Part shown: in pieces, positions 19,769 through 29,550 of the stretch
Numbering within the stretch: position 1 is the stretch's first letter
How the letters are laid out: each line of letters starts with the position of its first letter
Assembly: GCA_016930855.1 (NCBI GenBank)
Contig: JAFGFX010000055.1
Coordinates: 1-47,786, forward strand
Reading direction: 5' to 3'
Source of the DNA: Sedimentisphaerales bacterium
GTDB lineage: Bacteria > Planctomycetota > Phycisphaerae > Sedimentisphaerales > SM23-30
DNA length: 47,786 nucleotides
Program-made: the position numbers and the translations under genes
The notes under the pieces: model-generated
Databases searched by the model: none
The model's input: the letters and a program-made list of their open reading frames with translations, nothing else
What the model was told of the DNA's origin: nothing

Positions 19769-19881
19769 AACAACTCCCGGGGCCATTGAATACCTTTGGC
19801 AAAAGGCGATAGTAGTCTTGATGATGCCGCCGGTGTGGTTCGTTATGAAATAGCTTCCAGGCAATTAGAGGAGGACAGGTC

Positions 19882-21198
19882 ATGCCTTTGGATCGACGAA
19901 GATTTCTACAGGGCTCCGTGGCTTCGGCGCTGGCGCTGCCGAGTGTCGTGCGGGGCCAGGGCCAGGCGACCTATCGCACCGCCCTGATCGGCTGCGGCTG
20001 GTGGGGCACGAACATCGTCCGCCAGGCGATCCAGTCGGGCGCATGCCGGGTTGTCGGTCTCTGCGACGTGGATCGCCGCCAGGTGGACCAGGCAGCCGGC
20101 GAGATCGAGAAACTCAACGGCGATCAGCCGCGCCGGTATAAGGACTATCGCGAGCTGCTGGAGAAGGAAAAGCCGCAGATCGCCATCGTCGCCACGCCGG
20201 ACCACTGGCACCCGCTGATCACCATCGCCGCCTGCCGGGCCGGCGCGGATGTCTACGTCGAGAAGCCGATCTGCCATACGATCCAGGAGGGCCGGGCCAT
20301 GGTCGATACGGCCCGGGCGACTGGCCGGGTCGTCCAGGTGGGCACCCACCGGCGGGTCTCGCCCCACAACGTCTCCGGCCGGGAGTTTCTCCGGTCGGGC
20401 AAGGCCGGCCGGATCGGGATGGTCCGCTGCTTCGTGCACTACGGCGGCGAACCGGAGGCGCCGGCGGCCAACGAGGAGCCGCCCGCGGAGCTGGACTGGG
20501 ACCTGTGGTGCGGGCCGGCGCCCCTGCGGCCCTTCAACCGGAAGATCCACCCCAAGGGATTCCGCAATTTCCTGGACTACGGCAACGGGCAGATCGGCGA
20601 CTGGGGCATTCACTGGCTGGACCAGGTGCTCTGGATCATGGAGGCGGCTTGGCCCAAGACGGTGTATTCGCACGGCGGTCGAGTCATCCAGGGCGAACCG
20701 GTGAACACCCCGCAGATGCAGACCAGCGACGGGCCCGACCACCAGGTGGCGGTGTATGAGTTCGACGAGTTCACCTGCACCTGGGAGCATCGCCGCTTCG
20801 CCGGCAACCAGGCGGAAAAGGGCGAGAACGTCGGCTGCTATTTCTACGGCACCCAGGGCACTTTCCACATGGGCTGGCAGCAGGGCTGGACGTTCTATCC
20901 CGCCGACGGCCGCAAGGCCGTCGTGCACGAGGAGCCGCAGCTGCACCTGCCGGATCAGCAGAACATCCAGGAGCTCTGGACCGATTTCCTGGACTGCGTC
21001 AAGAGCCGCCGCCGGTGCGTCTGCGATATCGAGATCGGCCACCGGTCCACCAGCCTGAGCCTGCTGGCGATGCTCTCGATGAAGATCGGCCGCAGCATCC
21101 GCTGGGATGGCCGCAGCGAAACGGTTGTCGACGATCCGGAGGCGAACCGGCACCTCCGCCGCGCGTATCGTTCGCCCTGGAAATACCCGGAGGCCTAA
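19882..21198 (+). CDS. Tat-exported Gfo/Idh/MocA oxidoreductase
   Basis: DRRRFL signal, IGCGWWG, ATPDHWH, YVEKP, GDWGIHWLD; RBS GAGGAGG. Confidence 0.9.
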   Translation: MPLDRRRFLQGSVASALALPSVVRGQGQATYRTALIGCGWWGTNIVRQAIQSGACRVVGLCDVDRRQVDQAAGEIEKLNGDQPRRYKDYRELLEKEKPQIAIVATPDHWHPLITIAACRAGADVYVEKPICHTIQEGRAMVDTARATGRVVQVGTHRRVSPHNVSGREFLRSGKAGRIGMVRCFVHYGGEPEAPAANEEPPAELDWDLWCGPAPLRPFNRKIHPKGFRNFLDYGNGQIGDWGIHWLDQVLWIMEAAWPKTVYSHGGRVIQGEPVNTPQMQTSDGPDHQVAVYEFDEFTCTWEHRRFAGNQAEKGENVGCYFYGTQGTFHMGWQQGWTFYPADGRKAVVHEEPQLHLPDQQNIQELWTDFLDCVKSRRRCVCDIEIGHRSTSLSLLAMLSMKIGRSIRWDGRSETVVDDPEANRHLRRAYRSPWKYPEA

Positions 21199-21233
21199 CG
21201 GGGGAACTGTTCCGGTGTGTTGGTTGGCTGCGG

Positions 21234-22127
21234 CTAATCGTCTACGTCGGCTTCGTTGGGGAGAACGCGGATCTTTTCCCCCGGCTCCGGCAGCACCTCG
21301 TTGGCCGAGCCGCTGCGGAAGCCCTGCAAGTCCAGGCTGACGTAGGTGAATCCGAGTCCTTTGAAAAAGTCCACGATCCGGCGGCGGCGGTCCGGTTCTG
21401 TGAGCCGGGGGATCTGCTCGGCGGGCACCTCGATCCGCACCAGCGTGTCGTGGTGGCGGACCCGCAGTTCGGACAGGTCCATGCTTCGCAGGAATTCCTC
21501 GCCCTCTTCGATCTGCCGGAGCCGTTCGGGCGTGATAACCAGACCGTAGCTCATCCGGCTGGCCAGGCAGGGCTGGGCGGCCTGGTCCCACGTCGGCAGG
21601 TCCAAATACCGGCTTAACGCCCGGATGTCGTCCTTGGTCATGCCGGCGGCGGCCAGGGGGCTGTCCACCTGGAATTGGCTGGCCGCCCGCAGGCCCGGGC
21701 GAAAGTCTCCCAAATCGTCCCGGTTGGTCCCGCAGAGCACCGCGTCGTAGCCGCCCCGCCGGGCGAGATCGCGCAGCAGGCGGTACAACTGCGACTTGCA
21801 GTGGTAGCAGCGGTCGGCGGCATTCTGGCGATAGTCCGGATTGGCCAGTTCCGCCGGATGGACGATCTCCAGCGGGACGCCCATCCGCTCGGCAAGCTCG
21901 CGGGCCTGGCGGTATTGACTGGCGGGCAGGGACTCGCTTTGGCCGATGCAGGCCAGCACGTTGGCCCCGCCCAGGCAGTCGGCCGCCACCCTCAGCAGGC
22001 AGCAGCTGTCCACCCCGCCGGAATAGGCCACGATCACGCGGCGGTACTGCCGCAGGATGGCCCCCAGCCGTTCGTATTTGGCCCGTTGATCGGGCGTTAG
22101 CGATGGATGGTTATCGTGCTGGGTCAT
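21234..22127 (-). CDS. larE: LarE-family PP-loop ATP-dependent sulfur transferase
   Basis: AYSGGVDS PP-loop, RCYHCK, GTNRDDLGDFRPG, PCLASR, C-terminal GFRSGS. Confidence 0.8.
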   Translation of the reverse strand: MTQHDNHPSLTPDQRAKYERLGAILRQYRRVIVAYSGGVDSCCLLRVAADCLGGANVLACIGQSESLPASQYRQARELAERMGVPLEIVHPAELANPDYRQNAADRCYHCKSQLYRLLRDLARRGGYDAVLCGTNRDDLGDFRPGLRAASQFQVDSPLAAAGMTKDDIRALSRYLDLPTWDQAAQPCLASRMSYGLVITPERLRQIEEGEEFLRSMDLSELRVRHHDTLVRIEVPAEQIPRLTEPDRRRRIVDFFKGLGFTYVSLDLQGFRSGSANEVLPEPGEKIRVLPNEADVDD

Positions 22128-22131
22128 GGGA

Positions 22132-24075
22132 TCAATCCGCAATCACGAAGATCGCCTCGTCGGCGAACAGGTTGGCCAGCCGGGTCACTTCGCGGCCGCT
22201 TTTGCTGGACAGCGGTATCCGCCGGACCAGCCGGGCGTGCAGCACCCGGCGGACGAAGTGCTCGAAGCCCGAGATCGACAGGTAATTCACGACCGATTCC
22301 TCGGGCTTGTCGAACCAGGTGTAGGGCAGGGCCGTGCAGGTGGGAACCTGACCCCGGAACATCAACTGCAGGCGGCTGCGCCAATAGGCGAAATTGGGGA
22401 AACTGACGATGGCCTGGCGGCCGATCCGCAGCATCTCCCGCAGAACGGTCTGGGGCTGATGGATCACCTGCAGGGTCTGGCCGAGCACCACGTAATCATA
22501 ACTTTTGTCGGCGAAGACATCCAGGCTCGTGTCGAGGTTGTACTGGACCACATCGACCGCCCGCTCGACGCAGATCTGGATGTCCGTCTGTCCCAGCGTG
22601 ATGCCCCGGCCCCGAATGTTCTTCTGCTCCCGGAGCAATTGGAGCAGTTCCCCGTCGCCGCAGCCCAGGTCCAGCACCGAGCTGTTCGGCTCGATGAGGT
22701 GCTCGATCTGGCGATAATCCACCCGCTCGCCGGAAAAGATGCTCCGGGTGGACCGGACCGTTTTTCCAGCCGGCGCATCGTGCGTCCGGTCCGGCGACTG
22801 CGCGGCGGCCGTCGCGGCGGCGCGGGATTCGCGTGGCAATTTCCGGTGGGTTTGATCGAGAAAGCCGCGCAGCAGCCGGCCCTGGACCTCCGTCTCCAGC
22901 AGAAAGGAATCGTGCCCGTAGGGACATTCGATGTTGCAGTAGGTCACGTCCTTTTCGGCGGCCAGCAGGGCGTTGACCATCTCCCGGCTCTGGCGCGGCG
23001 GAAAGAGCCAGTCCGAGCTGAAGCTGAGCACCAGAAAGCGGCTTTGCGTGCGGCGCAGGGCCTCGGTCAGGCCGCCGTACTGGCGGGCCAGATCGAAGTA
23101 ATCCATCGCCTTGGAGAAGTACAGGTAGGTGTTGGCGTCGAAGCGGTCGACGAAGATGCTGCCCTGGTGGTCCAGGTAGGTCTCCACGCTGAATTCGTTC
23201 TCGAAGTCGTAGCGGTAATCACGGGCCCGCTGGAGGCGCCGGCCGAACTTCTGGTGCATGGCCTCCTCGGACAGGTACGTAATGTGTCCGATCATCCGGG
23301 CGATCACCAGGCCGGCGGCCGGCTGGTTGCCGGTGGCGTAGTAGGTGCCGCCCTGGAAATGTTCATCCCGCAGGATGGCGTTGCGTCCGACAGCGTTGAA
23401 GGCGATCCCCTGGGCGCTGAGCCGGGCGGTGGTGGCGATGGGCAGGACGGCGGCGACGCGCTGCGGGTAGCGGATCGCCCAGTCGAGCGCCTGCATGCCG
23501 CCCATGCTGCCGCCGGCCACGGCCAGCAGCCGTTCGATGCCCAGGTGATCGATCAGGTGGCGCTGTAGCTCGACCATGTCGCCGATGGTGATCATGGGAA
23601 AGCTCAGGCCGTAGGGCCGGCCGGTCTCGGCGTTGATGCTGCTGGGTCCGGTGGTCCCCATGCAGCCGCCCAGGCAGTTGGAGCAGATCACGAAATACCG
23701 ATCCGTGTCGAATCCCTTGCCCGGTCCGACCAGCGTGTCCCACCAGCCGGGTTTGGGATCTGTCTCGCGGTGCCGGCCGGCCGCGTGGGCGTCGCCGGAC
23801 AGGGCGTGCAAAAGCAGGATGGCGTTGTCGCGCCGCTCGTTCAGCTCGCCGTAGGTTTCATAGGCCACCTGGATCGGTCCCAGGGACCGGCCGCATTCCA
23901 GGGTGAGCTTTTGGCTGCCGGAAAAGAGGGTGACCTTCCGCGGGATTACCAGTCCCAGCGACGAATCCGCGTGCGGGGCCGATTCACCCGGCTGCAGCAG
24001 GTCGTCCTGGGGTCCGTTCGGGCCCGGGCAACCGCCGCATCCCTTCATTCGGTCTGCTTGATCCATGAAGTCCAT
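22132..24075 (-). CDS. metX: Homoserine O-acyltransferase MetX fused to MetW-like methyltransferase-fold domain
   Basis: HALSGDAHAAG, GWW, GCMGTTGPSS, GGSMGGMQ, YGHDSFL; then VLDLGCGDGELL, VVLGQTLQ, IVSFPNFAYW (MetW). Exact start uncertain. Confidence 0.88.
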   Translation of the reverse strand: MDFMDQADRMKGCGGCPGPNGPQDDLLQPGESAPHADSSLGLVIPRKVTLFSGSQKLTLECGRSLGPIQVAYETYGELNERRDNAILLLHALSGDAHAAGRHRETDPKPGWWDTLVGPGKGFDTDRYFVICSNCLGGCMGTTGPSSINAETGRPYGLSFPMITIGDMVELQRHLIDHLGIERLLAVAGGSMGGMQALDWAIRYPQRVAAVLPIATTARLSAQGIAFNAVGRNAILRDEHFQGGTYYATGNQPAAGLVIARMIGHITYLSEEAMHQKFGRRLQRARDYRYDFENEFSVETYLDHQGSIFVDRFDANTYLYFSKAMDYFDLARQYGGLTEALRRTQSRFLVLSFSSDWLFPPRQSREMVNALLAAEKDVTYCNIECPYGHDSFLLETEVQGRLLRGFLDQTHRKLPRESRAAATAAAQSPDRTHDAPAGKTVRSTRSIFSGERVDYRQIEHLIEPNSSVLDLGCGDGELLQLLREQKNIRGRGITLGQTDIQICVERAVDVVQYNLDTSLDVFADKSYDYVVLGQTLQVIHQPQTVLREMLRIGRQAIVSFPNFAYWRSRLQLMFRGQVPTCTALPYTWFDKPEESVVNYLSISGFEHFVRRVLHARLVRRIPLSSKSGREVTRLANLFADEAIFVIAD

Positions 24076-24180
24076 TCACCTGTTGATAAAGGCCGCCTGC
24101 TGGCCGATTTCCCGTGCCGGAGCGGCCCCGGCGGGGATCGCAAGCGGCCGGTAAACATTCAATACATATCGAAACACTAT

Positions 24181-24209
24181 ATTATCGCAGGGCGACACCC
24201 AAATATCAA
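24181..24209 (-). promoter_or_regulatory. Putative sigma70 promoter for metX-metW/larE
   Basis: Minus strand TTGATA-N17-GATAAT. Confidence 0.45.
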
Positions 24210-24254
24210 CTTTTGTTTCGCCGGCCCGTTGCCGCGCTCGGCGCGGCCGGGCGA

Positions 24255-24283
24255 TTGACTTTTCGCCTTTGCGGCACAATACT
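24255..24283 (+). promoter_or_regulatory. Putative sigma70 promoter giving a leaderless GT2 mRNA
   Basis: TTGACT-N17-AATACT, with the ATG (24290) following after a 6-nt gap; no SD sequence. Confidence 0.4.
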
Positions 24284-24289
24284 CTGGGT

Positions 24290-25036
24290 ATGACGATCCC
24301 GCAGACAACCGACGAGCCCCGGACACTGCTGGCCATTCCGGTCTACAACGAACAGGAGCATCTCGACGCGGTCCTGGACGAGGTGCACAAATATATACGC
24401 AACGTCGTGGTCATCGATGACGGCAGCACCGACGACAGCCGGATGATCCTGGCCCGGCGCCGGGACGTGTGCGTTGTAAGCCACAAGAAAAACTGCGGTT
24501 ACGGCCAAAGCATCATCCAGGCCTTCCGTTTCGCCCAGGACTGCGGCTTCGATTGGGTGATCACCATGGACTGCGATCTCCAGCATGAGCCCAGCCGCAT
24601 CCCCCTGTTCCGCCAGGCGATCCGGCGCAACGATGCGGACATCATCAGCGGATCGCGCTACCTGGACAACCGGGATTCGCCGGAAAGTCCCCCGGCCGAA
24701 CGCCGGCAGATCAACCAGATCATCACCGAGCGGATCAACCGGGTGCTGCACCTGGACCTTACCGACGCCTTCTGCGGTTTCAAGGCCTGCCGGGTGGATC
24801 AGGTCAGCCGGTTAACCCTGCGGGACAAGGGCTATGCCCTGCCGCTGGAGTTCTGGGTCCAGGTCGCCCATCATCGCCTGCGGGTGCGGGAGATCCCGGT
24901 CCGCCTGATCTATAACGATCCCAACCGGCATTTCGGCGGCGGCCTGGACGATCACGAGGTCCGCCTGCAGCATTATCTGGACGTCTTCAAGAATGCCCTC
25001 CGGCAGGTGGGCCTTGATCCCGGCGTCGTTTCCTGA
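24290..25036 (+). CDS. Glycosyltransferase family 2 (DPM1/polyprenol-phosphate GT-like)
   Basis: IPVYNE, VIDDGSTD, GYG, TMDCDLQH, GSRY, TDAFCGFKA, VREIPV; no TM helices. Confidence 0.88.
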   Translation: MTIPQTTDEPRTLLAIPVYNEQEHLDAVLDEVHKYIRNVVVIDDGSTDDSRMILARRRDVCVVSHKKNCGYGQSIIQAFRFAQDCGFDWVITMDCDLQHEPSRIPLFRQAIRRNDADIISGSRYLDNRDSPESPPAERRQINQIITERINRVLHLDLTDAFCGFKACRVDQVSRLTLRDKGYALPLEFWVQVAHHRLRVREIPVRLIYNDPNRHFGGGLDDHEVRLQHYLDVFKNALRQVGLDPGVVS

Positions 25037-25051
25037 CCTGCTGGCTTGCCG

Positions 25052-26779
25052 ATGAACCAACCACCGCCCCAGCCTCTGTTTCGCGTCCCCGGCCAATCCG
25101 GCCAGACGGCCTTCTGGCCGGCGGTGCGCCGAATGGAGCAGGCCATCCACCGCAATCAGCGGCTTTTCGCCGGTACCGAGTGTCGGATTCTGGGTGGTTC
25201 GCTGCGTTTCTGGCGGTCGCGTCTGCGCCGCTGGTTACGGGTGGAGCTGGACCGCTACGCCCGGTCCTTGTCACTGCCGCCGCCGTCACCGCCACCGGAA
25301 GGGCCGCAGGAGTTACTGATCGCCACCGGCCATCAGCCGGGATTTCATCACGGGGGGATCTTCGTCAAATACCTGCTGCTCGATGTGCTTACCAGGGGCC
25401 GCCAGGCCCTCGCGGTCAACCTGGTGGCGGATACCGATCTGCCCCGGGATACGGCGCTGCGTTTTGCCTGGCAGACTTGCGACGGCTGGCAGGCGGTTCG
25501 TCTGGAGACGCCCGGCCTGCGGATGGATTGCCCGATGGAGCAGCAGCCTCCGATCGACGCGGAAGCCTGGCGGCGCTTCGCCGCGTCCCTACGCCGCCAG
25601 GAGGGGCCCGGTCAACTGACGGATGCCCTGCGGCATCTGGCGGACCTTTTGGACGGGATCATCCCGCAGGTGGATCGGCCGGCCGATCTGTTCGTCGTTC
25701 TGAACCACCGGCTGGCCGAGCCGCTGGGCGTGCGCTGGTGGGATCTGCCCGTCTCCCGCCTGGCCGAGTCCGAGGCGTTTGGGGCGTTTGCGCTCGATCT
25801 GCTGCTGCGCAGTAGCGCCGTCCACGACGGCTACAACCAGGTGCTCGCCGGGTATCGACGCCGCCATCGTATCCGCTCGGCCCGCCAGCCCCTGGCCGAT
25901 CTGGGAGAGGCACGCCAGGATATCATCTACCGCGAAATGCCCTTCTGGATCCTGCGAGACCGGCAGGGCCGCCGGCCCTTGTTCGTGCACGACGACAACG
26001 AGCAATTGATCCTGTTCGACGGCCGGCGGGAGCTTACCCGCCTGCCGCGCCGGGAACTGACCGAACCGGCCGGGCGGGAAGATGCGGCTGGGCCGGAAGG
26101 AGCGGTCGGTTTGGTCGAGCTGCTGCGCCGCCGTTTGGCGGATAGCGGGGTAGTCCTGCGGCCGCGGGCCGTGACGCTGACCGCCTTCGCCCGGCTGTTT
26201 CTGGCCGATTACTTCGTGCACGGCATCGGGGCGGCGCGATACGATCAGGTTACGGACGATGTTATCCGCCGCGTGTATCGTCTCGAGCCGCCGGCCTTCG
26301 CTGTAGCTACCGCGACGGTCCATCTGCCGTATGCGCCGCCGACGGACCCGGTTCAGTTCCGCCACGCGTGGGACCAGGCCCGCCGGCACCGCCGCGACCT
26401 GTACTACAATCCCCACCGTCATATAACTGAACCGGCCGGGGACCCGCCCGAGCCGCGCCGCAGCAACATCTGGCGGGAACTGCTGGACCGGCGGGCCGAA
26501 TGGATACGGCGCAGCGAATTGCTGCGCCGCCAGGGCGGCCGGCGGCAGTTACGCCGGGAGGCGTTCGAGGCCCTGCATGCCGTCCGGGACGAGATGGCGG
26601 CCGAGATCCCGCAGCTCATCCGCCGCAGCGAGCGAAATATCGAGATCGCCCGGGATCGCTGCCGGATGGCGGCGATTGCCGGCGACCGGGAATATTTCTT
26701 CGGCCTGATCCCGCCGGACGCCTGGCGGCGGATCCTCGAGCGGATCGCCCGCTCGGCGGAATCGGACAATCCTGCCTGA
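25052..26779 (+). CDS. Uncharacterised protein, divergent BshC-like putative ligase
   Basis: 575 aa. ATGHQPGFHHGGIFVKY..AVNLVADTD and LRPRAVTL..YFVHGIGAARY align by eye with the BshC TG(H/Q)Q..GPLY..K..EDHD and SPNV..RP..GGPGE..Y motifs. Helical, coiled-coil-like C-terminus. Confidence 0.55.
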   Translation: MNQPPPQPLFRVPGQSGQTAFWPAVRRMEQAIHRNQRLFAGTECRILGGSLRFWRSRLRRWLRVELDRYARSLSLPPPSPPPEGPQELLIATGHQPGFHHGGIFVKYLLLDVLTRGRQALAVNLVADTDLPRDTALRFAWQTCDGWQAVRLETPGLRMDCPMEQQPPIDAEAWRRFAASLRRQEGPGQLTDALRHLADLLDGIIPQVDRPADLFVVLNHRLAEPLGVRWWDLPVSRLAESEAFGAFALDLLLRSSAVHDGYNQVLAGYRRRHRIRSARQPLADLGEARQDIIYREMPFWILRDRQGRRPLFVHDDNEQLILFDGRRELTRLPRRELTEPAGREDAAGPEGAVGLVELLRRRLADSGVVLRPRAVTLTAFARLFLADYFVHGIGAARYDQVTDDVIRRVYRLEPPAFAVATATVHLPYAPPTDPVQFRHAWDQARRHRRDLYYNPHRHITEPAGDPPEPRRSNIWRELLDRRAEWIRRSELLRRQGGRRQLRREAFEALHAVRDEMAAEIPQLIRRSERNIEIARDRCRMAAIAGDREYFFGLIPPDAWRRILERIARSAESDNPA

Positions 26780-26917
26780 ACGTGCGTCCGGCCGGGCACC
26801 GGCGGCGCGTCAAAAAAATAGTTTCCCCCGCCGCCGTTTGGGTTTATGATAGACCACCTGCATCGAACAGGGCGAGACCAATAGGTGACAAACCCCCATG
26901 GTAGTCAGGAGGAAATC

Positions 26918-28252
26918 ATGAAACATTATCGCTATTGCCTGGTTGTGCTGCTGGGATTGCTGGTATCGGGTCTGGCGGTTGCCCAGGAGTATCCTCGACC
27001 CCTGGCGCAGCTGGAGCTGAACCAGGACGACGTGATGGTGTTCTTGGGCGACAGCATCACGCATCAGTGCCTGTACACCCAGTACCTGGAGGACTATTTT
27101 TACACCCGCTATCCGCAGCGCCGCATCCGGTTTCACAACGCCGGCGTCGGCGGCGACGTGGCGGCCGACGCCCTGGTCCGCTTCGCCGAGGACGTTGCCT
27201 CGTTCAAGCCCAAGTATGTCAGCGTCCTGCTCGGCATGAACGACGGCCGCTATCGCCATTTCGATCCGGAGGTGTTCCAGATGTACGAAAGGGACATGAC
27301 CAACCTGATCGAGCAGATCGCCGCCTGCGGGGCCAAGGCGATTCTCATCGGCCCGACCATGTTTGATATGCGGGCCCGGCGGATACGGGCCCGCGCCGCC
27401 GGCCAGGATGAGGAGTCCCTCAGGCAATTCCTGTACTACAACGACGTCCTGGCCTTCTACGGCGCCTACCTGCGGGAGCAGGCCTTCAGCCGGGGATTGG
27501 GCTTCGTGGACATGTACAGCCCCCTGAACAATATCACCCTGGCCCAGCGAAAAAGCGACCCGCAGTTCACCCTGATTGCAGACGCGGTCCATCCGGGCGG
27601 GCCCGGCCAGCTAGTCATGGCCTATGCCCTGCTGGACATGATGGACGTCTCGCGCCAGGTCAGTCGGATCGATATCTATCGGGACGAATGGGGCGAATGG
27701 CAGACCGAAAGCGACGGCGGCGCGCTGCTCGAGCCGCAGCGGGAAAGCGAAACCAGCGGCCGGTTTACCTTCATTCCGGAAGGATTACCCTGGGTGGTGC
27801 CGGATGAAGCCCAGGCGGGCTATGACCTCGTCCAGGCCGGCAACAATCTGAGCCGCGAGGTCCTGCGGATCAGCGGCATCCAGCCGGGCCGCTACGAGAT
27901 CGCCATCAATCAGCAGGTGATCGGCCGTTACACCGACAGGGAACTGGCCGCCGGCATCGAGCTGCAAGGCAACAAGCTTACCCCGCAATATCAGCAGGCC
28001 CTCAAGGTCGCCCTGTTGAACAAGGAGCGCAACGACAAGGCCGTCCGGCCCCTGCGCAACCTCTGGGGGCAGATGAAGGGCAAGATCCATAGCGGCCTGG
28101 CCAAGGATAAGCCCGAGGAATTCACCGCCTGGCAGACGGAGTTTCGCCAAAAGGTCGCCGACCTGCAGGCCCAGGCCGGTCAATACGAGGACCGGATCTA
28201 CCAGATCAACAAACCCCAGACGCTGGAATACGTCATTCACCGGGTGGATTGA
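26918..28252 (+). CDS. Secreted SGNH/GDSL hydrolase
   Basis: Signal peptide, FLGDSIT, NAGVGG, GMND, DAVHP; RBS AGGAGG; start MKHYR at 26918. Confidence 0.85.
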   Translation: MKHYRYCLVVLLGLLVSGLAVAQEYPRPLAQLELNQDDVMVFLGDSITHQCLYTQYLEDYFYTRYPQRRIRFHNAGVGGDVAADALVRFAEDVASFKPKYVSVLLGMNDGRYRHFDPEVFQMYERDMTNLIEQIAACGAKAILIGPTMFDMRARRIRARAAGQDEESLRQFLYYNDVLAFYGAYLREQAFSRGLGFVDMYSPLNNITLAQRKSDPQFTLIADAVHPGGPGQLVMAYALLDMMDVSRQVSRIDIYRDEWGEWQTESDGGALLEPQRESETSGRFTFIPEGLPWVVPDEAQAGYDLVQAGNNLSREVLRISGIQPGRYEIAINQQVIGRYTDRELAAGIELQGNKLTPQYQQALKVALLNKERNDKAVRPLRNLWGQMKGKIHSGLAKDKPEEFTAWQTEFRQKVADLQAQAGQYEDRIYQINKPQTLEYVIHRVD

Positions 28253-28314
28253 GGCCGAATCCCGCCACCCTTACTACGCAGGTTTTTCGGGCGGTGCGAA
28301 ACGCGAGGCGCGGT

Positions 28315-29550
28315 TCAGCTTAGCGGTTCCTTCACGACGGTCGTCTCTCGGCCGTGGCGGATGGCCTCGATGTTGGCCCGGGCGGCCTGGACGGCCTCGG
28401 CCCCCGGCAAGATGGCAAAGTCCAGCTGGAACGACCGGCTCTGGCGGGCTTGCAGGATGGGCACGCGGCCGCTGGCCCGTTCCTGCCGCCGATTGCGGGG
28501 AAATCCCGTCGCCGGCTCCAGGCCGGTCACGTAGCCGTCCGGGCGGGCCGCCGGATTCTTCCACAGGGTGAAATAGGGCAACTGCTCGACGTTGTAGCCC
28601 AGCGACGCGCCCCGGTCGCCGGCGGCGTTTTGCAGCAGCACCATCGTGCGGTTTTCCCTGTCGGGCCACATCTCCAGGCAATAGACCTGCTCGGCCCATC
28701 CCGGCGTCGGGCCGCGATAGATGTCGTAGCGGGCCAGGTCCGCCGCGGCGTGTTCGCTGATGGGGGTGATCCTCTTGACCGGTCCGAGAAAGCGGGCCGA
28801 TTCCTCCAGCAGCGGCGGCCCGAAATTGTTGTGATAGAGCAGGGCGAATTCCTGGCTGCTGCCGCCGCGGTTCGTGACGGTGTCGCGAACGCTGAAGGTC
28901 GATGAGCCGGCCTCGGTGACCAGCTCCGTCTCGATCTCCAGCTTCGGCCCGTGCAGGAAGGCCTCCTCCACCCGGCCGCGGACCGCCAGGCGGTAGGGCG
29001 GGGCGGTTTGGGCCTGGATCTCCACGATTGACGCCGGCTGATTGCCGATCCGCCCGTGCAGGGTCAGGTTCATCGTGTGTTTGGCGCCTTGATCGTCCAC
29101 GAACTCGTCCGGGCCCGGCGCCCCGAAACTCTCCAGGCCGCAGCGGACCATCCATTCGCTGAATCCATAGAGCCATCCCAGGCCGTCGCGGCCGGCCAGG
29201 TTCACGAATTTCGGGTGGACCAGGCCGGTCAGGGGCGCGTCCCATCCCAGGCGGATGTCGGCCGTCTTGACGTCCTGGATGCTCATGCCCCGGGTGGGGA
29301 CGATCCGAAAGCGCATCGTGCCGTTGTCCAGCTCGATCAGATCGATCCCCTCCTGGCAGCCGCCGTGCAGGACGGATTTGCGGATCGACCAGGCGTGGGG
29401 GCAGTCCGGCGCGATCTGGTCCCGCGTCCAAAGCAGCTCGGGCGCCCACAGGTTGTACCGGACGTCGGTGAGCACCTGGCGCGAGGCCGGAACCGCCGCC
29501 AGGGCACAGACAAGCAGGGCCGCCATCAGGAAAAAACACAAGCTAAGCAT
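28315..29550 (-). CDS. Aldose 1-epimerase-like / DUF4432 protein with signal peptide
   Basis: IVPTRGMSI, RCGL, LTLHGRIGN, LYHNNFG, GYVTGLEPAT motifs. Confidence 0.75.
   Translation of the reverse strand: MLSLCFFLMAALLVCALAAVPASRQVLTDVRYNLWAPELLWTRDQIAPDCPHAWSIRKSVLHGGCQEGIDLIELDNGTMRFRIVPTRGMSIQDVKTADIRLGWDAPLTGLVHPKFVNLAGRDGLGWLYGFSEWMVRCGLESFGAPGPDEFVDDQGAKHTMNLTLHGRIGNQPASIVEIQAQTAPPYRLAVRGRVEEAFLHGPKLEIETELVTEAGSSTFSVRDTVTNRGGSSQEFALLYHNNFGPPLLEESARFLGPVKRITPISEHAAADLARYDIYRGPTPGWAEQVYCLEMWPDRENRTMVLLQNAAGDRGASLGYNVEQLPYFTLWKNPAARPDGYVTGLEPATGFPRNRRQERASGRVPILQARQSRSFQLDFAILPGAEAVQAARANIEAIRHGRETTVVKEPLS

Noticed and set aside
24010-24075. CGGC motif in the MetX N-terminal extension as a metal site
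   Set aside because: The start codon is uncertain and the segment lies outside the conserved domain; cannot be supported without alignments.
24076-24289. SAM riboswitch upstream of metX
   Set aside because: No AUCAAGAG/GCAACC/GUGC SAM-I core or other recognisable aptamer; only divergent promoter motifs.
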